Assembly (NCBI GenBank): GCA_963770875.1 | Contig: CAVYRE010000005.1 | Coordinates: 391,542-455,541, forward strand | Source of the DNA: an uncultured Chloroflexia bacterium | GTDB lineage: Bacteria; Chloroflexota; Limnocylindria; QHBO01 | DNA: 64,000 nucleotides | Reading direction: 5' to 3' | In this document: positions 49,752 through 59,611 of the stretch, piece after piece | Numbering within the stretch: position 1 is the first letter of the stretch | Layout: each line of letters starts with the position of its first letter | The notes under the pieces: model-generated | Databases searched by the model: none | What the model saw: the letters and a program-made list of their open reading frames with translations, nothing else | What the model was told of the DNA's origin: nothing | Translations under genes and position numbers: made by a program

Positions 49752-50651
49752 ATGGCCGCCGCCGACCCGGCCGGCTCCTCACCCGGCCCGGCCGGCCTCT
49801 TCGTGAACGAGGGGGCCGGCTCTGCGCATTCGGCGCGGGTGCGCTCCGCCGTATCGCTCACTCGACGCGCGCTCGACGCGGACCTGCACGTCACGGCGAC
49901 CCGTGACCGCGACGAGCTCGCCGCGTTCCTCGCCGAGCGGATCGGCGACTACCGAACGGTCGTCATCGCCGGCGGTGACGGGTCGCTGGGCGTCGCCTAC
50001 AACGTCGTCGCCGGGCGCGACCTGACGCTCGGCTACATCCCGGCCGGCTTCGGCAATGCCACGGCTCACCTGTTGGACCTGCCGCGCCACCCCGCCGCGC
50101 TGGCCGGGCTGCTGGCGGCGGGCGACGCGCGACCGATCGACCTGGTCGAGGTCGACGGGCGCCTCGCCCTCTTTGCGGGCGCCGGCTGGGACGCCCTGGT
50201 GGCGGGGCGCTACGCATCGGGCGGGGCGAAGATGGTGCGCGGCTGGGCTGGCTCCGTGCTTCGCTCCCTGCCGGACCTCTCCCGCCGGTGGGTGGCGAGG
50301 ATCAAGGCCGACGGGACCACCACCCACGAGGGACCGATGATCCTGGCCGTCGTCAGCGTCACTCCCTTCTACGGCCGCGGCCTCCGGGTGAATCCCGGCG
50401 CGCGCCCCGACCAGGGCCGCATGACGCTGCGGACCTACGCCGGCCCGACGCCCAGCCAGGCCGCCGAGGCGATGCGCTGGATCGCCCGACGACCGCCATC
50501 GGCTTCATCGGTGCATGCCCGGGAGGTCGTCCTCACCAGCCTCGACGAGCGACCGATTCCGGTGCAGGCCGACGGGGACCTCGTGGGGGACGCGCTCGAG
50601 TGGACGTTCACCGTCCGGCCGGCCGCGGTGCGCCTCATCGGGAGGTGGTGA
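49752..50651 (+). CDS. Diacylglycerol/lipid kinase family protein
   Basis: AGGDGS, IPAGFGNA, PIDL, FYGRG, VQADGD. Confidence 0.85.
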   Translation: MAAADPAGSSPGPAGLFVNEGAGSAHSARVRSAVSLTRRALDADLHVTATRDRDELAAFLAERIGDYRTVVIAGGDGSLGVAYNVVAGRDLTLGYIPAGFGNATAHLLDLPRHPAALAGLLAAGDARPIDLVEVDGRLALFAGAGWDALVAGRYASGGAKMVRGWAGSVLRSLPDLSRRWVARIKADGTTTHEGPMILAVVSVTPFYGRGLRVNPGARPDQGRMTLRTYAGPTPSQAAEAMRWIARRPPSASSVHAREVVLTSLDERPIPVQADGDLVGDALEWTFTVRPAAVRLIGRW

Positions 50652-50766
50652 CGCGGTGCACCACCGAACGCCTCCCGTCTATCGCGGGCCCGAAGGCGGC
50701 CGTCCTATCCTGATGGCGTGCCGCTCAGGCTCCAAGAGCTCATGACCCGGAGGCCTTCCACGAACG

Positions 50767-51459
50767 ATGCCCCTTAGGCTCCGATGGCTGGCTACGGTTC
50801 TGGCCAGCCTTCTGACACTCGTTGCGTGCTCAGCCAGCGGCGTGTCGCTGTCCGCCCCGGCTCAAGGGAGCAGCGGCCCCTCACTCCCTGTCAGGGCCGA
50901 CGGTGCTTCGGCGACCCCCGACGAGCCGGAGACCGGGGTGGTCGCTAGCGACAGTCCGCTCCCGACCCCCAGAAGCGCCACCGCATCGAACGGCCAGACG
51001 AACTCCGGTGCCGCCCTCGAGGACCTGCTGCCCGACGAGATCGGCGGCCAGCCGACCCAGAAGGGGTTGATGCACGGCGATCGGTTCCTGGCCTCCGGCC
51101 TCGCAACCCCGGACCTCGCGGACTACTTCATCCGGCTTGGCGTCCAGCCGCAGGCCATCTCGGTGTCCTTCGCATACACGGTCGCGGGACCGACCGGAAC
51201 CGGGGTGTTCGCCTTCGAGGTGCAGGGAGCAAGCCAGCGGGACTTGCTGCGAGCGGTCCCCGATGCACGGCAGGCTGAGATCCGTGGATCGGCAGCTTGG
51301 CAATCGACGGTGGTGGGCGGCAAGCCGACCGTTACGGCCGTCGACGCAAGCTGGACGGGTGGAAACGCGGCCTACCGCTATGCCGCTGGCGATGTCGTCT
51401 TCTTCATCACTGCCGGTCATGAGTCCACCGCGGCGGAGATCCTCGCCTCGCTGCCGTAG
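50767..51459 (+). CDS. Lipoprotein, unknown function (paralog of 49074-49709)
   Basis: LVA-C lipobox, LEDLLPDEIG, VGGK, C-terminal ILASLP. Confidence 0.72.
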   Translation: MPLRLRWLATVLASLLTLVACSASGVSLSAPAQGSSGPSLPVRADGASATPDEPETGVVASDSPLPTPRSATASNGQTNSGAALEDLLPDEIGGQPTQKGLMHGDRFLASGLATPDLADYFIRLGVQPQAISVSFAYTVAGPTGTGVFAFEVQGASQRDLLRAVPDARQAEIRGSAAWQSTVVGGKPTVTAVDASWTGGNAAYRYAAGDVVFFITAGHESTAAEILASLP

Positions 51460-51577
51460 GTCGTCGACTCTGTGGGTGGTGCCCGCCGTCACCGCAACGT
51501 CGCCAGTCCCTTCCCTCCGGCGGAGCCGCTCGATATGCTCATGCCCATCTGCGACAACCATCTGCGAGGAGGGTTCC

Positions 51578-53536
51578 ATGGGGCGCAAGAGGTTCCTATC
51601 TCTCGTTGCATCGCTGTCGCTGCTCGCGGGTCTGATCCCGGCCGGGACGGCCCTGGCGGCAAGCAGCAGCACGTCGCGCCAGATCTCAGCAGCCGGCACG
51701 ACACAGATTCAGGGCAGCACTCCTGCCGGCAGCTCCGGCGTTTCGACGCCGCGACAGCCCGAGATTCGGAGTGCCCAAGAAGCGGAGGGAGATGCGAGCG
51801 GCCACTTCGCGTCGAAGCCGGGAGTGTTCCCGAAAACCCCCTTGCCGACTCCGTACGTCCGCTCCAGCTCCGTGGCCGGTTCGAATCCAGAGGTCAAGCT
51901 CAGCTTCGACGGCCTCAATCACTTCGACCAGCGGTTCGCCAACGGCGGCAACCAGTGGTCACTCGAGCCACCGGACCAAGGCCTTTGCGTGGGCAACGGC
52001 TTCACGGTCGAGGCAGTGAACAGCGTGCTTCAGGTCTTCAGCAGCTCGAACGGCAGCCCGCTCACGGGCGTGCAGGACCTGAACACCTTCTTCGGCTACC
52101 ACGCGGCCATCGACCGCGCGAACTACGGTGACGATGGGGCAGTCGGCCCCGACGTGATCGACCCGATCTGCACCTACGACCCCGACAACAAGCGGTTCAT
52201 CGTGGCGCTGACGACGCTGTATGTCGAAGCCTCCTACGACCCTGTCTACGGCGGCTATCCCTACAACGGCAAGAACAGCCTTGACATCGCGGTCTCGAAC
52301 AGCGGTGATCCGACCGGCACCTGGACCATCTACCACACGCCCGCCCAGAACGACGGGACCGACGGCACGCCCAACCACGGCTGTGACTTGGGCCCCTGCT
52401 TCCAGGACTACCCGCACATCGGTGGTGACGCGAATGGCGTGTACATCACCACGAACGAGTACTCGACCTTTGGCGACTCCTACAGCGGTGCGCAGATCTT
52501 TGCCTTCTCGAAGGCACAGCTCAAGAACCACCCGTCTTCCATCACGGTCACGACGGTTCAGAACCTGAGCGTCAAGGGCGTCCCGGGCTTCACCGTGTGG
52601 CCGGCGACCTCGCCGGCGGGTCAGTACTCGAATGAGGCGCACGGCACCGAGTACTTCCTCAGTACCATCGCGGGCGACGGATACGAGACCGGCAACCCGA
52701 CCGGGACTGCCAACAAGCTCGCGGTGTGGGCGTTGACCAACACCAAGTCGCTCAACGCGAACTCGCCGAGCCTGAACCTCAGCTCTGACCTGATCAACAG
52801 CGAGACCTACGTATACCCGCCGAAGGCAGAGCAGAAGGCAGGCGACACGCCGCTCGCTTCCTGCGTCAACGACACGACGCTGCCCACCATTTACGGGCCG
52901 GGATGCTGGCAGCTCTTCTTCGTCAGCGAGCCGGCCCATAACGAGGTGCTCTCGCACCTCGACAGCAATGACACGCGAATGCAGCAGACCTGGTACACGA
53001 ACGGGACCCTGTGGGGATCGACCGGCACTGCGGTCAAAGTCAATGGCGAGACAAAGACCGGCATCGCATGGTTTGCGGTTGATCCAAGCGTCAGTTGGAG
53101 CGGCAAGGTCAGTGGCCACGTCGAGAATCAGGGCTACTTGGCCCTCGCGAACAACAACCTGACCTATTCCGCAATCGCCATGGGCACCAACGGCAAGGGC
53201 GTCATGGCCTTCACCGTGGTCGGGGAGGACTACTACCCGAGCGCGGGCTACGCAACAATCAACTCCCACGGAAAGGTGGGACCGATCCACATCTCCGCGC
53301 CAGGGTCGGGCCCGGACGATGGGTTCACGAGCTACAAGGCCTTCGTCGGTAATCCGCCGCGGACACGGTGGGGCGACTACGGCGCAGCCGTGACCGACGG
53401 GAGCAACCTCTGGCTCGCATCCGAGTACATCGGTCAGACGTGCGACTACGCGACCTGGCTCGGCGATTTCACCTGCGGCGGAGCTCGCAGCAGCCTGGCG
53501 AACTGGGGCACGTTCCTCACCAAGCTCCACCTGTAG
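51578..53536 (+). CDS. Large secreted protein, unknown function (beta-rich)
   Basis: Signal peptide MGRKRFLSL...ALA, EPPDQGLCVG, DP...YD, DYPHIG, RWGDY; GAGGAGG RBS. Confidence 0.8.
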   Translation: MGRKRFLSLVASLSLLAGLIPAGTALAASSSTSRQISAAGTTQIQGSTPAGSSGVSTPRQPEIRSAQEAEGDASGHFASKPGVFPKTPLPTPYVRSSSVAGSNPEVKLSFDGLNHFDQRFANGGNQWSLEPPDQGLCVGNGFTVEAVNSVLQVFSSSNGSPLTGVQDLNTFFGYHAAIDRANYGDDGAVGPDVIDPICTYDPDNKRFIVALTTLYVEASYDPVYGGYPYNGKNSLDIAVSNSGDPTGTWTIYHTPAQNDGTDGTPNHGCDLGPCFQDYPHIGGDANGVYITTNEYSTFGDSYSGAQIFAFSKAQLKNHPSSITVTTVQNLSVKGVPGFTVWPATSPAGQYSNEAHGTEYFLSTIAGDGYETGNPTGTANKLAVWALTNTKSLNANSPSLNLSSDLINSETYVYPPKAEQKAGDTPLASCVNDTTLPTIYGPGCWQLFFVSEPAHNEVLSHLDSNDTRMQQTWYTNGTLWGSTGTAVKVNGETKTGIAWFAVDPSVSWSGKVSGHVENQGYLALANNNLTYSAIAMGTNGKGVMAFTVVGEDYYPSAGYATINSHGKVGPIHISAPGSGPDDGFTSYKAFVGNPPRTRWGDYGAAVTDGSNLWLASEYIGQTCDYATWLGDFTCGGARSSLANWGTFLTKLHL

Positions 53537-53555
53537 ACCAACGGTTTGTGCGACC

Positions 53556-53583
53556 GAAGGGCCGGCCGGAAGGCCGGCCCTTC
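53556..53583. terminator. Probable bidirectional intrinsic terminator
   Basis: Perfect 12-bp stem GAAGGGCCGGCC-ggaa-GGCCGGCCCTTC between convergent genes. Confidence 0.8.
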
Positions 53584-53597
53584 ACGTTGTCCGGGGG

Positions 53598-54744
53598 TCA
53601 GCCTCGGCGCAGGGCGCGGCGGACCTGGTCGAGGGCGGCGAAGGCCGCGCGGCGCTGGCGCTGCGGTCCGCTCCCGTGCACGCGGGTCTGCATCCGATCC
53701 AGCGCGACGACGCCGCTTAGCGAGACCTCCACGCGGCTTCGCCCGTGGGCGTCGGTCGGGAGGAGGCGCATGCGCAGGACGGCATCGGCCGTCGGAGGCT
53801 GGCCGGCGTCGTCTGCATCGGCGAGCAGCAGACCGCCGAGGTAGCGGACCGGCTCCGGCTCGGCGGCCGCCAGGATGGCGAGCAACGTGCCGCCGGTCCC
53901 CGACTCGACCGAGGCCAGCGTGCGAACCCCGCGCGCCGCGAGCGCCCGCAGCGCGACGCCCGCCAGGTCGTCCGCATCGGTCCCGTAGACGTGCTCGCCG
54001 GCGAGCGTCAGCGCGCGAGCGACCGGCGCCTCGAGCGCCGCGACCGGGCCGCGCGTCCAGAAGCGGAGGTGCACCCCGTCGTCGTGGGCGTAGATGCCGG
54101 CCTCGACCCCCTCGCCCGGCTCCTCGAGCAGGTCGCCGAGCAGCTCCGCCAGCGCCGACTCGCCGATGCCGAAGGTCTTCACCTCGCGGGCGGCCACCGG
54201 GGCCAGGGCGAAGCGGACTCGGAGGCGTGGCTCGCACCTGCTCGTCCCACATCCGCCGCATCTCCGACGGCACGCCCGGCATCAGGACCACCACGCAGCC
54301 GTCGCGGTCGACCCACCAGCCGGGCGCGGAGCCGATCGGGTTGGGAAGGGCCTCGGCCGAGGGCACGCGCAGCGCCTGGCGCAGGTTCGACTCGGGCATC
54401 GATCCGAACGAGGCGAACCGCTCGCGCAGCTGCGCCTCAAGGGATGCGTCGGGGCGCAGCTCCTCGCCGAGGGCATCGGCCAGCCCCTCGCGGGTCAGGT
54501 CGTCGTGGGTCGGCCCCAGGCCACCGGTGGCCACCACCAGCGGGACGCGAGCCCGAGCCTCGGCGAAGGCGGCGGCGACGACCGCCCGCTCATCGGGCAG
54601 CGCGCGCGTGGAGCGCAGCGGGATCCCGAGCCGTGCGAGGGCGGCGCCCAGGTAGGCGGCGTTCGTGTCGACGGTCGCCCCGGCGAGCAGCTCCGAGCCG
54701 ATGCTCAGCAGCTCGGCGGTCGGTCCATCGCTCCCGGGGTCCAT
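53598..54744 (-). CDS. cinA: CinA-family competence/damage-inducible protein (frameshift near 54220)
   Basis: ELLSIGSELL.G..VDTN, TGGLGPTHDDLT, NPIGSAPG, MPGVPSEM, FGIGES; degenerate C-terminal ESGTGG. Confidence 0.85.
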
Positions 54745-54786
54745 CGGTCCGGAGTCTAGTAGCATGCCCGGCAGATGGCCTCCTCG

Positions 54787-55189
54787 ATGAGCACCTACGA
54801 CCACCATCACCCCCGAGATCCGCGCCTGGCTGATGCAGGAGCTGCGCTTCCCGGTGATGGCGACCATCGGCAAGAGCGGGATGCCGAGCCTCTCGGTGAT
54901 CTGGTTCGACCTCGACCCGGAGCGCGACGACGTGGTGCTGCTCAACACCCTGGCCGGGCGGGTCAAGGACCGGCACCTGCGGCGCGACCCGCGCGTCAGC
55001 CTCTGCTTCGAGGACGGGACCGATTACGTCACGATCGAGGGGCACGCCACCCTCTCCGACGACCACGAGAAGGCGCTCGACAACATCTGGGCCATGGCCC
55101 ACCGCTACGGGCAGGGCGAGGGCTCGTTCGCGATGGGCGACCGGGTCGACATCACGGTGCACGTGGAGCGAGTGATCCGGCACCGGTGA
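54787..55189 (+). CDS. PPOX-class (split beta-barrel) putative F420-dependent oxidoreductase (frameshift near 54795)
   Basis: MATIGKSGMPSLSVIWF, GRVKDRHLRRDPRVSL, YVTIEG. Confidence 0.85.
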
Positions 55190-56127
55190 GCGAACCCATC
55201 CGGCTGGGCATGCTCGCCTGGAACCAGTACACGACCTGGCCCGGCATGCGGGCCGCGGCGGTGCGAGCCGACGAGCTCGGCTACGACGACCTGTGGACCT
55301 GGGATCACGTCTACCCGATCGTCGGCTCCGACGACGGGCCGATCCTCGAGGGCTGGACCGTGCTCGCCGGCTGGGCCGGCGCGACCTCGCGGGCGCGCCT
55401 CGGCCTGATGGTCGGAGCCAACACCTTCCGCAACCCGGCGCTGGTGGCGAAGATGGCGACGACCCTCGATCACGTCTCCGGCGGGCGCGCGATCCTGGGG
55501 ATCGGCGGCGCCTGGTTCGAGACCGAGCACACCGCCTACGGGATCCCGTTCGGCGGCTCCCCCGGGGAGCGGCTGCGCTGGCTCGACGAGGCGGCCCGGA
55601 TCATGCGCGGCATGCTCCACGGCGAGGAGCCGAGCGGGGAGCAGTTCTACGCGGCGCACGCCGTGCGGAACGACCCGCCGCCGGTCCAGGCCCACCTCCC
55701 GCTGCTGATCGGCGGTGGCGGAGAGCGCCGCACGCTGCGCACCGTGGCCCTCTACGCCGACATGTGCAACCTCGGTGGCGGCTTCGAGAACGTGCGCCAC
55801 AAGGACGAGGTGCTGCGCCGCCACTGCGCCGAGGTGGGGCGTGACGAGTCCGAGATCGAGCGCACGACGGGGCTGGGCGTCTGCGTCATCCGCGACACGG
55901 AGCACGAGGCGCGCCGCGTCAACGACGCGCTCTTCGCGCATAACGGCTCGGCGCGCGTCTGGCCGAACCAGAACATCGGGACGCCCGAGCAGGTCGCGGC
56001 GAAGATGCGGCCGTACCTGGGGATCGGGTTCCGCCACTTCATCTGCGGCTTTCCGGGGCCGCATGACGCCGAGACGATGGAGCGGATGGTCACCGAGGTG
56101 AAACCGATGCTCGAGACGGCCTCCTAG
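55186..56127 (+). CDS. LLM-class putative F420-dependent oxidoreductase
   Basis: WTWDH, LEGWTVLA, FRNPALVAKMATTLDHVSGGRAILGIG, IGGGGERRTL. Confidence 0.88.
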   Translation: MSEPIRLGMLAWNQYTTWPGMRAAAVRADELGYDDLWTWDHVYPIVGSDDGPILEGWTVLAGWAGATSRARLGLMVGANTFRNPALVAKMATTLDHVSGGRAILGIGGAWFETEHTAYGIPFGGSPGERLRWLDEAARIMRGMLHGEEPSGEQFYAAHAVRNDPPPVQAHLPLLIGGGGERRTLRTVALYADMCNLGGGFENVRHKDEVLRRHCAEVGRDESEIERTTGLGVCVIRDTEHEARRVNDALFAHNGSARVWPNQNIGTPEQVAAKMRPYLGIGFRHFICGFPGPHDAETMERMVTEVKPMLETAS

Positions 56128-56667
56128 CCCTTCTGGTCGGGCGTTCCCCAGTAGGATCGCAGCGGGGGGTGTTGCTGCCACTCGAGTTCCCGCTGCCGGC
56201 GCTGCTCGGCGTAGGCGATCGCCGCCACCGCGGCCGCGAACAGCCACGCCGCCGGCTGGCTGACCTGTGCCAGGCCATGGATGGCGACGGCAATGCCGGC
56301 CAGCGCACCGACCGTCCGGAACGCGGCGCGGGCCGGGTGGGTCGTCCACCACGCCCAGCCAAGCAGGATGGCGATGCCGATGAGCTGCGGAAGCTCGGCA
56401 ATCCAAAGCGGCAGGTTGTTGGTGTACTGGCACGGTCCGATCCCGGTCGCCGTGACATCGGTGACGCCGGTGCGTGTGAGGACCAGCCAGTTGCAGTTGA
56501 TTGCCCAACCGTTCGGGTTCAGGAAGGCGATGGCGAACGTAGCCGCGATGACGGCCAGCCAGGCGGTGCCAACCCAGCGCCACGCCCCTTGGCGGCGCAG
56601 CGAGGGGCTGAGCAGCGACATGACCGAGATCAGCAGGAAGACCGGCGTCGCGTCGAGCCACCCCATG
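56124..56667 (-). CDS. Hypothetical membrane protein
   Basis: Several hydrophobic segments; fills the gap between genes; start uncertain. Confidence 0.55.
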
Positions 56668-56751
56668 CCACAACTCTCCGCCGCCGGCGGCGGCAGGTCA
56701 AGGGCCATTGGCCGGATCGACCGGCTCGCGCCGCGCGGCTACCCTCTCACC

Positions 56752-57693
56752 ATGAAGGTCACGCTCCTCGCCGGTGGGACCGGGGGCGCCAAGCTGGCGC
56801 ACGGCTTCCAGATGGCGCTGCCGCCCGGCGACCTGAGCGTGATCGTCAACGTCGGCGACGACACGGAGCGCTTCGGCCTCCTCGTCTGCCCGGACATCGA
56901 CACGATCCTTTACACCCTCTCCGGCCTCGCCGACCGCGAGCAGGGCTGGGGCGTGGAGGGCGACACGGCGACCGCGCTGGGGATGCTCGAGCGCTACGGC
57001 GAGGAGGCCTGGTTCCGGATCGGCGACGCTGACCTGGCCACCCACGTCCGGCGCGCCCACCTGGTGCGCGACGGCTCCTCCCTGACCGATGCCACCGCCG
57101 CGATGGCGACCGCATTGGGCGTGGCGAGCCACGTGGTGCCGGCCACGGACCAACCGGTGCGGACGCACCTCGAGACCGATGCGGGCGAGCTCGACTTCCA
57201 GTCCTATTTCGTGCAGCGCGCCCAGCGCGACGAGGTGCGCGCGGTGCGCTTCGACGGGGCCGATGCCGCCCGACCCAGCCCCGCCGCGCTCGTGGCGCTC
57301 GCCACTGCCGAGCTGGTGGTGATCGGGCCGTCCAACCCGATCGTCAGCATCGGCCCGATCCTGGCCGTGCCCGGCATGCGCGAGGCGCTGCTCGCCTCCC
57401 CGGCGCCGCGGATCGGGGTGAGCGGGATCGTGGCCGGCAGGGCGCTGCGCGGGCCGGCGGACAGGATGCTCACCTCGCTCGGCCACGAGTCGAGCGCGCT
57501 CGGGGTGGCGCGCCTCTACGCGGGGCTGATTCAGCGGTTCGTGATCGACGAGGCGGACGCCGTGCTCGCCCCCGCCATCGAGGCGCTCGGGATGGCGGTC
57601 AGCGTGCTGCCGACCGTGATGCGCGACGATGACGATCGGGCCGGGCTGGCGCGAGCGCTGGTGGCGCTGGGCGAGGGTATGCTCCGCGCGTGA
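56752..57693 (+). CDS. cofD: 2-phospho-L-lactate / phosphoenolpyruvate transferase (F420 biosynthesis)
   Basis: LAGGTGGAKL, NVGDD, CPDIDTILY, WFRIGDADLATH, GPSNPIVSIGPIL, GPAD. Confidence 0.93.
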   Translation: MKVTLLAGGTGGAKLAHGFQMALPPGDLSVIVNVGDDTERFGLLVCPDIDTILYTLSGLADREQGWGVEGDTATALGMLERYGEEAWFRIGDADLATHVRRAHLVRDGSSLTDATAAMATALGVASHVVPATDQPVRTHLETDAGELDFQSYFVQRAQRDEVRAVRFDGADAARPSPAALVALATAELVVIGPSNPIVSIGPILAVPGMREALLASPAPRIGVSGIVAGRALRGPADRMLTSLGHESSALGVARLYAGLIQRFVIDEADAVLAPAIEALGMAVSVLPTVMRDDDDRAGLARALVALGEGMLRA

Positions 57694-58286
57694 GCGCCCG
57701 GATCATCGTGCCGCATCGCGGCCTCGCCGCGGCCAAGACGCGCCTCTCCCCGGTCCTCGACGACGCCGAGCGCGAGGCGCTTGCGAAGCGGCTGCTCGAG
57801 CGGGTCCTGGCGGTGGCGCACGCGGCCTGCGGCGACGTCGTGGTGATCACGCCATCGGAGTCGCTCGGGCCGCTCGTGACCGTGGCCGGGGCGCGGCTGG
57901 CGCACCAGCTCGGGATGGGGCTCAACGCCGGGCTGGAGCAGGCCCGTCGCGAAGCGCTCGCAGACCGAGTCGAGACCCTGATCGTGCTCCATGGAGACCT
58001 CCCCAACCTCTCGACCGATGACATCGCCGCGCTCCTCGCCGCCGTCCCGCGGCCGACTGGCGTGGCGATCGCCCCGGATCGGGCCGGGGCCGGCACGAAC
58101 GGGCTGGCGCTGCAACCACCCGATGCGATCCCGTTCCGCTTCGGGATCGGCTCGCTCGCGGCGCACCATGCGGCCGCGGACGCGGCCGGCGTCGAGATCG
58201 TCGAGGTGCATCGGCCCGGGCTCGCCTTTGACCTGGACACGCCGGCCGACCTGGCGCGCTGGATCGAGCTGGGCGACGCGGCGTGA
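57690..58286 (+). CDS. cofC: 2-phospho-L-lactate / PEP guanylyltransferase
   Basis: AKTRLSPVL, GLNAGL, GDLP, PDRAGAGTNGL, FDLDTPADL. Confidence 0.93.
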   Translation: MSARIIVPHRGLAAAKTRLSPVLDDAEREALAKRLLERVLAVAHAACGDVVVITPSESLGPLVTVAGARLAHQLGMGLNAGLEQARREALADRVETLIVLHGDLPNLSTDDIAALLAAVPRPTGVAIAPDRAGAGTNGLALQPPDAIPFRFGIGSLAAHHAAADAAGVEIVEVHRPGLAFDLDTPADLARWIELGDAA

Positions 58287-59032
58287 TCTCGCTCCTCCCG
58301 CTCGACGGCATCCCGGAGGTCAGCCCGGGGGATGACCTCGCGGCGCTGATCGCGGCATCGCTCGCCGCAGGAGGGATCGGCCTGGAGACGAGCGACGTGC
58401 TCGTCGTCACGCAGAAGGTCGTCAGCAAGGCCGAGGGACGGGTGGTCGAGCTGGCATCGGTCACCCCGAGGGAGGACGCGCGCGCCTGGGCCGAGCGCTG
58501 GGGGAAGGACGCGCGGCAGGTGGAGCTGGTCCTGCGCGAGAGCGCCAAGGTCCTGCGCATGGCCGATGGAGGGCTGATCATCTCGCGCACGCGGCACGGC
58601 TTCGTGTGCGCCAACGCCGGCGTCGACCTCTCGAACGTGGGGGGAGGCGAGGTCGCCACGCTCCTCCCGGAAGACCCCGATGCCTCCGCCCGGGCGTTGC
58701 GGGATGGGCTGGCGTCGCGCAGCGGGGTGACGGTGGGGATCGTCATCAGCGACTCGTTCGGGCGGCCGTGGCGAAACGGGATCGTCAACGTGGCGATCGG
58801 GTGCGCGGGGCTCGAGCCGCTGGTCGACCTGCGCGGGACGCCGGACGCTGACGGGCGCGTGATGCACTCGACGGTGATCGCGGTGGCGGATGAGCTGGCG
58901 TCGGCGGCGGACCTCGCCGGCGGAAAGGTGACGCAGCGACCGGTGGTGCTGGTGCGGGGCTGGCAGCACGAGCCGCGAGAGGGCGCCGCCGCGGAACTCG
59001 TGATGGACCGGGAGCTGGACCTCTTTCCCTAG
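58283..59032 (+). CDS. cofE: Coenzyme F420-0:L-glutamate ligase
   Basis: IPEVSPGDDL, KVVSKAEG, CANAGVD.SN, DSFGRPWR.G, ADELASAA. Confidence 0.93.
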   Translation: MISLLPLDGIPEVSPGDDLAALIAASLAAGGIGLETSDVLVVTQKVVSKAEGRVVELASVTPREDARAWAERWGKDARQVELVLRESAKVLRMADGGLIISRTRHGFVCANAGVDLSNVGGGEVATLLPEDPDASARALRDGLASRSGVTVGIVISDSFGRPWRNGIVNVAIGCAGLEPLVDLRGTPDADGRVMHSTVIAVADELASAADLAGGKVTQRPVVLVRGWQHEPREGAAAELVMDRELDLFP

Positions 59033-59209
59033 CGCCCGGCGATATCTCCAGCCTCCCCGTCGTCATCGGGTGACCACAACAGGGACGTACAGGCCCCTAC
59101 TTCACGGTGGTGGTCACCGGGCGACCAAACGACGAACGAGAGGCCCGTTCCAGCCTCATCTTCCCCGTTGTAGCCATCGGGTGACTCCATGCGCCTTCGA
59201 TGGCGGCCC

Positions 59210-59232
59210 GGGTCGCAGCCGAGCGGCGACCC
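59210..59232 (-). terminator. Hairpin immediately after the stop codon of the SnoaL-like gene
   Basis: GGGTCGC...GCGACCC stem; no U-tract. Confidence 0.4.
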
Positions 59233-59568
59233 CTACATCGGTTGCAGGAAGAGGCTCACGATGTGCGCGCCCTCGACCCGGAAGTTCGCCTCGACCCGCA
59301 TCGACGGGGCGCCGGGACGCATGACGGTCATGTCGGCGATGTAGCTGGCGCCCATGCTGCGGCCGTCGTTGGCGTACATCCGGAACCCGTCGCCGGCGCG
59401 GACGAACCAGCCGCCGACCTTGTCGCGGCCGCGCAGGTTGGTGCGCTCGTCGGATCCCGGGACCGATATCCCCAGCACCGCGTTCTCGGCGAACAGCGCG
59501 ACGGCGTCCTCGCGGCGATCGTCGTTGATCAGCTCCATGAACAGGTCGACCGTCTCGGTGGCTCCCAT
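59233..59568 (-). CDS. SnoaL/NTF2-like protein
   Basis: VDLFMELIN.D..DAVALFAENAV, LRGRDKV, FRVEGAHIV. Confidence 0.75.
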   Translation of the reverse strand: MGATETVDLFMELINDDRREDAVALFAENAVLGISVPGSDERTNLRGRDKVGGWFVRAGDGFRMYANDGRSMGASYIADMTVMRPGAPSMRVEANFRVEGAHIVSLFLQPM

Positions 59569-59611
59569 GCCGGCCAGTGTAGCGGCGGGGCGCGGCTAGA
59601 CTCGAGGCGTC

